A DNA stretch of 64,000 nt. Origin: Nemertoderma westbladi. Taxonomy: Eukaryota; Animalia; Xenacoelomorpha. The notes under the pieces were generated by a model, which searched no databases, was not told where the DNA came from, and saw only the letters and a list, made by a program, of their open reading frames with translations. The translations under genes and the position numbers were made by a program. Below, one piece after another: positions 13,001-25,000 of this stretch (position 1 is its first letter; every line of letters begins with the position of its first letter). Location: contig JAUCBJ010007727.1 of the NCBI GenBank assembly GCA_032718475.1, positions 1-64,000 of the forward strand. Direction: 5' to 3'.

Positions 13001-16000
13001 ATTGAATTTAAATTATTTTACATTGATTTTATATTATTTTACTTTGCATTAATTATTAAATAATATGATAATTACAGGAGGCTAAATAAATTGCTAACCT
13101 TCTAAAAGTTAGCAATGAAACTCGATTAACGATTAACACAATTACAATTACTACTTTAACCTAAAACTAATATAAATATATAACGTTATTAATACGTACA
13201 GGTCCTGAGAGTGGTCGTTAGTTTAGTCCTGCGTCGTAGGTGCTGCATAATATAGTAGTTTAATTTCTATTTACAGCAAATCCATTTCTTACCATAAATA
13301 TAATTATTCCCAGCGATAATTAAACTGTAACATGTACTATTGGCCTCGTTTATTGTTTTGGTTCGAATAACATGTCACTGTAACATGCTCCTTTTCCTTA
13401 AAGACACCAGGATATTGCACCAAAGGACCTAATGACGCGATAGGCCGTAACAAACAGCTCAGGTCATTCTCCACTCCACCCACCTTAATTCCCCCAAGGT
13501 TCTGATTCATCTCATTAACAAACTTACTGTAGAAATTAAAAAAATTCATTTGTTTCATAAAAAATTATAAAATTTCCTAGGTCATTTAGTGTATTTCACT
13601 AATTATAGAAAATTCCGGTTCCGGCCGGAATTCCGGCCGGAATATTCCGGCATGTTGAATTCCGGTTCCGGTTCCGGCCGGAATCAAAATATCGATTCCG
13701 GGACATCCCTAGTCCTTTTAATTGTCTAAATTTTTACACCGAGGCATAACAGGATAAATTAACTTAATTACATTTCAATATCATTATTATAATATCGTAT
13801 ATGATAATTTTTAATATTTCTGACGAATTGAGTCGCCCACAATCTTTAACTATATAACACAAATTCAATGTGAACACCTAAACCCTACCTGCGGTCATCA
13901 ATCTTGTAGATTAAAAAAAAAGGGGGGGGGGGCTGTTCCTATGTGGCAACTGTAATAAGTATAAGTAAGTTATTGCACATAATGTTTACACAGGATACCC
14001 ACTAACCTTAGCTCCACACACCAAGGCAAAGTGAATGCGAGGGTCAAATCGACTGCAACTGTAAGCAAGCCGGGGGTCCGATGCAGAAAACGGTCGCTGG
14101 GAGGAGGACGGATGGTGGCGGTTACCTGGAAACAATGTAAACAAAGAGCTGTGTTAATTAATCTAGTACAGTAGTAATGATGGTTTAACAAGTCGTCGAA
14201 GGTTAACGTAAGAAGCCGTAAGCAGGATTGATATCACGGGGGTTCCATAGATTGGCCGTACGGTAAGGGCCGTGCATAAATTATGTCACGGTCGAAGGGG
14301 GTGGAGGGGGTTTGTAATTTTATGACATGGGGGGGAGGGGGGGGGGGGGGAGTAGCTATACTTGTGACGCCACAATAGCACTTTGGTGGCACAATAGTCG
14401 GTCGTGTACCTGGTCCACTTCAGGTGATCGATGTCGAAACTCAGATGTCGTCATTCCCATGGGAGTGAATATGTGGGGAGTCTTCCTTGTTTAGTCATTG
14501 TAAACAGCTGAATTAATGAGTATTAACATGTAATTTTAATAACATAATAATTTCAAATTTAACATTTTTTATTAACTATACAGGGTATTTTTTGTGACGT
14601 GACGATAAAGGGGGGAGTTGGGTTACAAAATTCGTGACAGATTGTGACAGAGGGAGGATAGGGGGGGGGGGGGGGGGGGGGGGGGGTTTCAATAATTTCC
14701 ACATTAGAGTTTGCTGAAATGCTTTGGTATTTCGTAGTGCTACCTCCTTTAAAAACCGAGACCTTTTAATGAGCGTTGGGAATGGACATAAAGCTAAGCT
14801 GTTAATGGTGAGTTGCTAACACCAGAGAGTATGTTCTAGTAAGGTGGCTAAGGGATGCAACTGATCAAAGAATATATTTCGCAAGGGATTTAATTACTTT
14901 GATCCTCACAGAGTGATGGCAACAAAGCATTTATCTTATAAGTAGCATATGGCTTGGTTTTGGTAGTTCGATACGTTATAACTATTCCCAACAACAACTT
15001 TGAAGTACCTTGGATTTCAGCAGCAAGACTTTCTAAAATGTAATAACTTGTGTCCAGGGCAGTCCACAATGCGCAATAATGCGTCCACATTCAGCGTTAC
15101 TGAAACACCAGGACTAAAACCCCTATGATTTGATTTTGATCAAATTACAAAAAACCAGACGGGGACAGTATATTTTGATCCATTTCTCTATACGAGGTAG
15201 GAAATGAGAGATTTACGAGAATTATATTGTATTTTATGATAAAATGAACATCCTGCGAACAAGAAATGAGTAACCAAACCACTAAACTAATTAACTTATA
15301 ATTTGTATTCTTCCTTAATTAGAAGCTTCTATATAACTACTACTACTACTGTACTACTAGGTCGAGCGAACTCGGACAGTGGAAATGAGATCCTTCCAGG
15401 CTTCCCTGTTCCCCATAGTTGTCGCAATTTCGTTTCTCCCAAGTTCAGTATCCCTTTCAAGTTGATCTATATATGTTATGGCTGGTCGTCCACGACTACG
15501 CTTTCCATGAGTTGGTTGCCAGAGAAGTTGATCTGGTATGACCTCGTCTTTACTTCGCCAGCAGTGCTCACTGAATCTTAATCTGCGTTCATGGAGGGTG
15601 GTTGATACAGGTGGTATTGTACCATAAAGCTCGGCGTTTGTCATGTGTTGTCTCTAGCTGATATTTAGGGCTGCCCTTAGTAGTCTTGTGTAGCAACCAT
15701 CAATTCGTTGTTCAAGTGATTTAGTCAGTGTCCAGGTCTCACCCCCGTATAAAAATACACTTTCCAATGTGGCTCGAAAGAACTTAGTCTTCAGGTGCCT
15801 GGAGAGATCTGATTTCCAGATGGTATCCATTTTTGATAGAGCTATCCATCCAAGCCTTTGCTTTCCTAACTTCTATGTCCTTTTTGCTACTCTCTATCCA
15901 TGATCCAAGGTACTGGAAGTCGTCGACCTTCCTTAGTTGATTATTCTAAATTGTTGTCAAGTTTCCATCAACATTAAAGGTCATGAATTCGGTCTTGGTA

Positions 16001-19000
16001 GCATTTATATGCAATCCCACCTCCTTAGCAGCCCTCTCCACTTTATTTAGTAGAAGTTGTGCATCTGCTAGTGTATTAGAGAGCAAGTCGATGTCATCCG
16101 CAAAGTCGGTGTCTGTGACTGTAGTTGCCGGATATCTACTACTTCTGCGTTCTTGACGTGTGAATCCCAGATCTTCACCCTTTGTGGCCGTCCTCATTGC
16201 GCAATCCAGCACAATTACAAATAGTAATGGTGCTAATGTGTCATCTTGCAGTACGCCAGCCAGGATTGAGAAAAACTCAGTTTCACCATCTGGTGAGAGT
16301 ACCTGCGCTTCTGTGTCACAATATAACAATCCAATGCCAGCAACAATTACTTCTGGTATTCCATAAGCTCTTAGGATTTCAAGCATTTTACCTCTATTGA
16401 TGGAGTCGAATGCCTTCTTGAAGTCCACAAAAGTCATGACTGCTGGGAGATTCTTTGACTTAATTCCTTCAATCAGTCTCCGTAGTGCAAGTATCTGAGC
16501 TATTGATGACCTATTTGGTCGAAATCCGTTTTGGTTCTTACGCAGTAGTTTCTCTATGTGAGGCCTAATCCTATATAGAATCATTTTATTGTATATTTTG
16601 GCAGCTACCACAAGCAGACAGATCCCACGATAGTTAGTTGGTATACCGAGGTCTCCTTTCTTGGGGAGAGGCTTTAGTTGACCTTTAGTTCAAATTGGTG
16701 GTGGCTTAACCCCTTTTAACATCCGGTTGCAAACATTCAATAATGGTCTGTTTAGCACTCCTGTTTTCCATACCTCCGCTGGGATTTCATCTAATCCACT
16801 CGCATTATTATTGGACATGCTTTTAATGCTTCTTTGGAGTTCGGCAGGTGTGAAGTCCCCTGTTTCTATAAGTAGTGTCTTGTCATATATTTTCCTTGTA
16901 GGGCTGACCTCGATGTTTGGTGGCTGCCCAAGCAAGTTGCTGAAGTGATTTTTCCACTTCCCAACACGTTCTTCAGGACTATCGGCTTAGAGGCGCCCCT
17001 TTGCACAACTTTTCCGACCAGATACCACATTTACAGTTTGCCAGGTTAGTCTTGATTGTTGCTGTATGTGAGCAGTTGTAATTGCTTCAATTTTATCCTG
17101 TATGTACTTTCCTGGCTGATGTTGTAGGCCAATTTAAGATCGTCCTTAGCTTTCTCAACCTTGTTAATGATTTCGGTTGTTGGTTATTCGGATTTTACTT
17201 TGTAGGCTATCTTAAGATCTTCTCTCTTACAAGTAACCTCGGAGTTTTGCCATGGCACATACTGTTTTCGTTTGGGTTTCTGGGGGATATGCCTCTTAGC
17301 TGATTCCTTGTGGGCTTTTATTATATTCTGGTATATTGAATCGGTAGAATGGTCTTCATCTTCATCCATTGACTGAAGTGCTTCAAAGCGGCTTTGAACT
17401 TCTACTGTGCAAGCATCCTACAGTGAAATGTTAATCTACAGTGACTAGGGTGACTACATATACAGAAATGTTACTCTGCCGAAAACAATAAACTAAAGTC
17501 AATAGAACAGGTTACTCAGATGTTATTTAACTGGGATGAATTTTTATTGCGTCGAGATTATATCCTATATATGCAATTAATTGCAGTTACTGTAACAACT
17601 GCACGGTAAATGATCTTACACTTACCCTACTACAATGGCTATCATTATTGGAGAATTCGCCACCAGCGGTGGCGAATTCATTTTTTCCGCTCCATTTGCT
17701 ATAGAGTTGGATCATCCTTAGTCCTGTTTAATTACTTAATAATTTATACAATCTATGAATGTTAAACACATATAAAATACAAATCATTGTTTTGTATTAA
17801 TAAAATCCACTACCTCAGGATAATAAACGTAGCAGTGCAAATAATAATTAGAAGTACAACCATGAATTAAATATTAATTATTAATGAATTTGCATGAAAT
17901 GGAATCCAATTACCAACAACGTAACACGGCAGTTTATTGCAGTCGTTTACGAGTGCAATCTTCCATGTACCAGCTGAATTCGCACATCAGTATATTTATT
18001 GTTCGTATAAATCTGGATTTTTATGTTGTTACCACTAAAGAGATAACAGCAGCCCAATGGCTACATTCTCACACCAGGAGATCTCGTATCTTTATGGCGT
18101 AGTAGTTAGTGAAACTTTGGTGTGCAAACAAATTATTTGCATTGAAAAATATTTCATACCTTTAGTAAACAGAGTGGAAGGGTTTAATGTGGAAGATCAC
18201 CCATGGTGGTGAAGAGGCATTCCTTTAGTAAACAGAGTGGAGGGGTTTAATGTGGAAGATCACCCATGGTGGTGAACAGGCATTATTGGAAGAGACGGTA
18301 ACAATACCTGCAATATCCTACTGTAAAGTTTGTAAATCAAATCATAAATCCGACCTTCTCACCAAAACAGTAAACTCTAAGTAAGCGAATATATTGCAGT
18401 ATCGATCTCTTATAACCGGTGAGGCAGAAAACAGTCTACGAGCAGACAAACTTCGATAAAACAAAATCCCGCGCAGCGAATCCTAAAATCAGGCTGACTC
18501 ACTGACGGACTAAGGGGCTCGTATACTTTGCCGCGGTGTGATTTATATGGTTTGGGCAAAGGGACGCTAGCTAGGTACAGAGGCAGATATTTGGAGATGT
18601 CTAACTAGCGGGCAAAGCACAGTACGGACAAAGTTAATTTTATATATTTCGAGGTGTAAATAATTTCTAACGCGCGTGTGTTAATTCTGAATGGTCAAAA
18701 CAGTTTTGCTCCTTCACATATATAATTACTGGGTACGGTGTGCATTTTACGAATATTCTAATTTTGTAACTTGTAGGTCCAATACTCACGAATGATAAGG
18801 TTCCTTCCCCTCTTGCGTATTTCCAGGACTCAAATTCAGGCATAAGGTTAATACTACGCCCAGAATTCGGCAATTTTAGGTACCAGGTCCCTGATACTAA
18901 GAAGAGATGTGTTAGTTTACTACTGTAGGCGTACAGGTACTAATAGCTATCCTAGCTCCTATCTAGAATTTTAGTCACCCAGGTAGTCCGGGTAACTTCC

Positions 19001-22000
19001 TATTAGGGCGTTGGCGGGGACACGGTAGATGTTAGTATATCCCTGATAGCCTCAATTTATTTGCGCCTAGTGTAAACTGCCCTACCGCCCGAACGGTACA
19101 ATCCCAATTCAGGTGAAAACACAGCAACCCCCCTAGCCTACAAGTTCTGATGTAATGGACACCGTTGTACGGCAAATAGTCGCACACACACCTGTACTTA
19201 GCAAGAGTTAAGCGTACAGTTTGCTGCACCCTAACCAATGTGTATGCCTTGTACCGGTGTGCCTACGTCCTATCTGCGTACTAGTATCTCTGCTCTCTCT
19301 CCCTCCCCCCGTAGGAATGTGAAGGTCTACTGTGGGTTTTCCTGAATCAAGACAGTACAGTCCCTATGATGTAATTTTAGGCTTGCAGCGTGTCACTACG
19401 TCTACCTTTTGATCTTTTGGTCTTACACTTAGGTAGCAAGGATCGAACGCTGTCTAACCTTTCAGGCGATGGGCGAATAACTCCAAATGGTATTGCGGGT
19501 TGTCTCTCGTCTACATTCCCGTGATGTTCCCGTTCATTGCTGCGGCCCGATCTCTAGCCGGCCATCCTGTCCCTGAGTTTGTTCACCGTAGTGAATCCAT
19601 AGTAAAACAGATAGAAAAGCTGAGAGAATATTCTGACTTTATTACAGAAGATACAATACAATGTAATCTGAGAATAAACTAAGCACGGAATAAACAAATA
19701 TCAGATAACTGAATAACTGAGAGAATAATAACTAATGAACAAATCGCACCCTTTTATAGCCAATTTGTGCCGCAATCAATCGAGAAAATTCTCGATTGTT
19801 CTATGGGTTCTAACAAGGTTTTAAAGATAGCTATTGGTCCAGCTAATATATAACTTGCACGACATTGGTTACAATCAAATAACTACAGCCTCATTGGTAC
19901 AGACAAATGCAATTAATTTGTAGCGGTTAATTTAAATGAGTTGAAATTCTGCACAAAAAATAATTCGCACTTACTAGGATTCGAACTCGATACCTACTAC
20001 ACATATAATTTCCAACGCTCTACCAACTGAGCTACTGAACCACTTGACCGATAGATGTACAAATGATAGAACCAATACGAATGAGAACTCAAAGCAATCT
20101 TTACAAAGTTAATTCGAATAAAATAAAATTTTGAAAATCCACGGCATTTAGGGAATATAATTCTATACCGCTCCATGAAAACAGGATATTATCGTGCATA
20201 AAATATACGGTTTTCACCAATAATCAATCAAACTATAGAATACTTAGGGCGTACTTACATATTTACAATTAAATTTCAAACGATACTTCCTTTCTACGTA
20301 ATGATTCGATACAAAAATAATTACAAATTCAAACTTTACGTATTTAAGGCTTTACTAAGTAAGTACAATATAAATCTAAATTAAATTCACCAATATAAAT
20401 CTATTGCATCTCAGATATTGCATAAATTCAAACAATTACAAATACAAATAAATGAAAACAATAAGAAAGGCTCGCGAGTCTTCCATCTACTATTGCATCC
20501 CAAATATTGCATAAATTCAAGTAATTACAAATACTTTCGTACCTAAATGTAGATTGCATAAGTTTGGAATAATTACAAATATGAGTCTTTCTGAGCACAA
20601 AATTTTCTATCTATAAAACTTTCTATTTCACTGTAAATACAAATACTGCTTATAAAATATAAATTGCATAATATTCGGAACAATATAAATTGCATAAGTT
20701 CGGAATAATATAAATTGCATAAGTTCGGAATAATATAAATTGCATAAGATCGGAATAATCACAAGTATAAAATATAAATTCTTACAAATATAAGTCTTAC
20801 TAAATATAGATATAAACTGCATAAGTTTAGAATAATATAAACTCCTTTGCATCTTCAAATATGAAACATAAATCTTTCAAATATAAGTTCCTTCTAAATA
20901 TAAACTCTCTAAATTTCATAAATTCGGAACAATACAAATTGCATAAGTTCGGAATAATATAAATTGCATAAGTTCGGAATAAACACAAATATAAATATAA
21001 ATTCAAATAAATCACAAATCATAAGAAAGGCCCACGAGTCTTCCGTCCACCCTTGCCCTCCCCTTTATCGCTTAGTGGATCGAGCCCTGCCGCGTCCTCG
21101 AAAACTGCGCACAGGTGACTTTGCTCGCGATATGGGACTAATGGGGCGAGTCACTGATTTACTTGGGACGTTGAGGGACGGTGCGACTATTTCCTCGCAA
21201 ATTCGTCTGTTTGGCATCCCAAAACCTCGACCGATTCCTCGTGACCGATCAGTCGTCACTACAGTTGGTAGAACGTCTGGGAACGCGCGAGAAGTGGACG
21301 ACGCAGACCCAAGAGTAGCTTGCGCCCCCTGTTGATCAGCTGGTGTATGTCCCGATCCTCCTACCGGTTCTCTTGGAAGTGATACCGTATCCCGAGTAAC
21401 TCGAATAGTCGGCTCAACTCCCTTGCGTTCTTCTACATTAATAATTTTCTTCAATTGTTGGCCCACCTTCTGGACCCGTATGATCCTACCCTGCCCGTCC
21501 TCCCGAGGGTGACGTGCAGACGGCGCAACCGGAGTGGCTGGTATATTCGTCGCCTCTAGGACCTCTTCTTCCTCGAATACGCTCGCTCGTATACGTTTGT
21601 GGTAAAACGCGGCTCGGTACGCCCATGCGACGGTTAACCAAGCTCCCTTGTTCCGCTTTTCAGTTCGGAAACGATCGAATTCACCATACGTAATCCGATT
21701 AACGACTTTCTGAAAATTCCACGTGTTTTTGTTATCCGGGTGAATTTGTAACAGATACTCGCGCACCACTCGGAATCCGCTGTCGTGGGGCAAAATATCG
21801 ACAACCTCGATAAGTTCGTCATATTGGGGCATAGCGGAGATATATCCTTCTGACATCATCGTCTGAGGATTTACCGCCCAAAATCCAAGATGCGCTCTCA
21901 TCGGAAACCGTCTTCTCTGTGCTGATACATGTTCGTCGGCTAAATCTTCCCACTCATCAAATAACTTCCTCACGAGTTTTACAGATTCGTGTTCATAAGG

Positions 22001-25000
22001 TATGTCTCTTAGTTGGCATTCAGATGCTCGATGTCCCTTTATATTGCAGTAAGTACATTGAGCCATAAATCTCCAGCAAGTATAAAAGGTATGAGACCCT
22101 TGATCCCCACACCATCCACAGATTAGCTGAGTCGTAGTAATGTGCTTTCCACTGCACTTTGCCATATGATGTCCAGCGACGCCACATTTACTACACATCG
22201 TATTGGCAGGGTACCACACTCGTTCGTATATAAGATCTCCAATCGGTCGAGCGCTTCCTCCCACACTATAATCGTAATCATCTGGGTCTATGGGTTGGTA
22301 GGTTTCTGAAGGTTGTATACAAACTATAGCATCTGTTGCTTCAAGTTGTCGAATCTCCGTCTGAGATTTCTTCGGGAGGTTCCTTTCTATCTCAAGAAGT
22401 TCCTCTAAAGGATCGTCGGCGATCGTAGTAGTTACTTCGAATTCATCACCAAGGTGACCGATAGGCGCGCGCGTCTGCCGTGATTCATCCGTAATTTCCA
22501 CGATACGTTCTCCTTCATAGGGTAACAATGTAAACATAGATGGTCTTTCGATAAGAGATCCCGCACAGCGAAGATACACGTCTCGAAATATGCTAAATCC
22601 TGCTCGAGTAAAGGCATTGCTGTCTTTGCGAGCTTCGCTGTACTTTCTGATAATTCCTTTATACCAAATATAGTGTAGTCTTTTGCTCCAAATCGTTCGA
22701 ATGAAGCTGCCGCCTCCTCTTGGATATCATATCCCCATCTCGGCTCTCCTTGTATCCCTTTCTCCATAATTAGAGGTGTAGTTACATAATCATTACTACT
22801 AGAGGGAATACAACAGAGTTTGTGGTTAGTTGTGAGGAGACGTGAGAGTTTCGTCTGCCTTTTGGGCTTCGACAACGCTCTAACCTCCTACCCATAGCCT
22901 AAGATCTAGGGTTTCTTTAATGACACGCTGCTTCTTATCTAAAATTTTTTGCCGAAATAAAAACGAATTTGGGCTAAACTGGCCGTGAGTCTAAAATACT
23001 CACTTTTTGATCCCAAACTATTATCAGAAAATAAGCAGTCAAGAATTAGTAATAAATATAGGGGAGTCTATTTATTGACGTAACTTATTGAAACAAGACC
23101 GTGTAAAATTTAATTAAAAATTTTAAGAAAGGCTCGCAAGTCTTCCTCTCTTATTTCTCTAATTTTAAGTTCCACCCGACTGTACCCTGAAATCTATTCA
23201 CTGGAGAAAATTTTAAAAATTTTCAAATCCAAATGGATTGTCTAAAATTTCGAAAATGTCTCAATATTGTGAGTTCCAAGTAGAATTCCATTTCTTATAC
23301 CTACAAATCCCGCTCCTATGTGACACATAAGGGTACCACCCTCAATGTTCACATATAAAGACAATGGAATTCTACCGCTGTCCTTACTACGGTGTACAGG
23401 TACGTGGAAATCTATTTTTAAACTCCTAATTATTTACTAGTATTAGGTGGAGATTTGTAGTCTCCAGACTCGTTACGAGTCTCTTCAAGGAGTACGAGAC
23501 GTTGAGTCGGTCTGTCTACTGTACGACCGTCAATTGTCCGTACCGTCACAGTTCTTGTCGCTCCATCCATAGATGGATGTGTGGCTAAAATGACACCTGT
23601 TATCCAGAAGCGTCTTTTTAGATTCACTTCTGCCAACAGCACGTGATCTCCCGGCTTTAATGCGCGGGTGTTATTATACCAAGTTGTTCTGGCAGAAATA
23701 GAGGGCAAATAATGGTTTTGCCATATTTCCCAGAATTTGTTAGCCAGTAGTTGCGTGATTTTCCACGCTTTTCTACCGTAGCTGTCGCTTTCTATTGGAA
23801 TAGAAATCGGCGTTAATGTCGTCGGTGCCTGCATAAGCAGGTGTGCCGGTGTTAAAGCAAACTGGGATTGTTTGTCATCGGGTACTAATACTATTGGTCT
23901 AGTATTTAGTATTGCCTCGATTTCAACAAACAATGTTGTCAGTTGGTCGTCTGTTAATATGTGGTTTACTGGAATGACCTTTGCCATGGCTGTCTTTATA
24001 GATCTAATCAGTCTCTCCCAGACTCCGCCTCTCCAAGGACTATCTGGAGGATTAAACTTCCAAACAATCTTGTGAGGTTGTAGTTCGTTCGAGATTTGAT
24101 CATGATCTAATTTCTTAAAGGCTCTAGCAATCTCATTCCGAGCACCAACGAAGTTTGTCCCTTGGTCTGAGTACAAGCATTTTACTAGTCCGCGTCTAGC
24201 GATAAATCGCCGCAGTGCTAGTATAAACGCGTTGGTGGAAAGATCCATCACACGTTCAATGTGAACTGCCCTACTGGACATACATGTGAAAATCAGTCCC
24301 CAGCGTTTTACTAGTATACGTCCACGTTTCGTATGTATGGGACCAAAGCAATCAATTCCAGTCTCTGTAAAAGGTGGTCTGAATGCTTGAAGTCGTGCTT
24401 GTGGTAGTTCACTCATTTCTTGGGTACCTATTCTAGAATGTACCTTTTTACAAATAATACACGTACGTGTCACTGAACTTAATGCTTTACTGGGTCTAAT
24501 TAATACAAATCTAGTACGTAAGTAGGAAAGACAGTGGTGTCTTCCAGCGTGTTTCAGATGTAGATGTGCGTCCAGTATCATTGCACGTTGTAGTTCGTGG
24601 TGTTGCGGTATTATTATTGGGTACCTAAAGTTCGTGTTAAAGTCAATGTTTTGAAGCCGAGATTTATGACAAATTAAGCCATTATAAATAATCGGACTCC
24701 AACTCAGTATTGGTGACGACTTGATTGGTTGACCTTGATTTATAGATGTGAATTCGCGCGCGAAATATCGCAGTTGGTAATGGCGAATTAATTTAATCTC
24801 ACACCTGTCAATCTCAGCCAATGTAAGTCGACGTGTAAAGTAACGTTTGCCTTTAACGTATTGTACAAAACGTACAATCCACGCTAGTTTTCGGCAAGCG
24901 TTCGACCAAGAATCTGTTAGGTTTACAATACGGTCGACATGAGTATTTGTGACGTCATCAGGTAAGTCAATGGAGAACTTGGAAGGTTTTGATTTACTAG

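Larger units (their letters stand above)
10833..13790 (+). mobile_element. Copy of the HINE-like repeat (cf. 49343-50695) interrupted by nested MITEs
   Basis: 10833-11250, 12200-12300 and 13720-13790 match 49343-49750, 50040-50135 and 50140-50215 colinearly. Confidence 0.65.

Noticed and set aside
18667-19682. Short ORFs duplicated at 33670-34685
   Set aside because: Chance 60-68 aa frames, duplicated only because they lie in the LTRs.
19955-20041. Functional tRNA gene or LTR-encoded primer tRNA
   Set aside because: The acceptor, anticodon and T stems do not pair, and its 3' end is not complementary to the PBS-position sequence.
21065-22579. env gene
   Set aside because: No signal peptide, transmembrane anchor or glycoprotein-like Cys pattern; CCHC knuckles instead.
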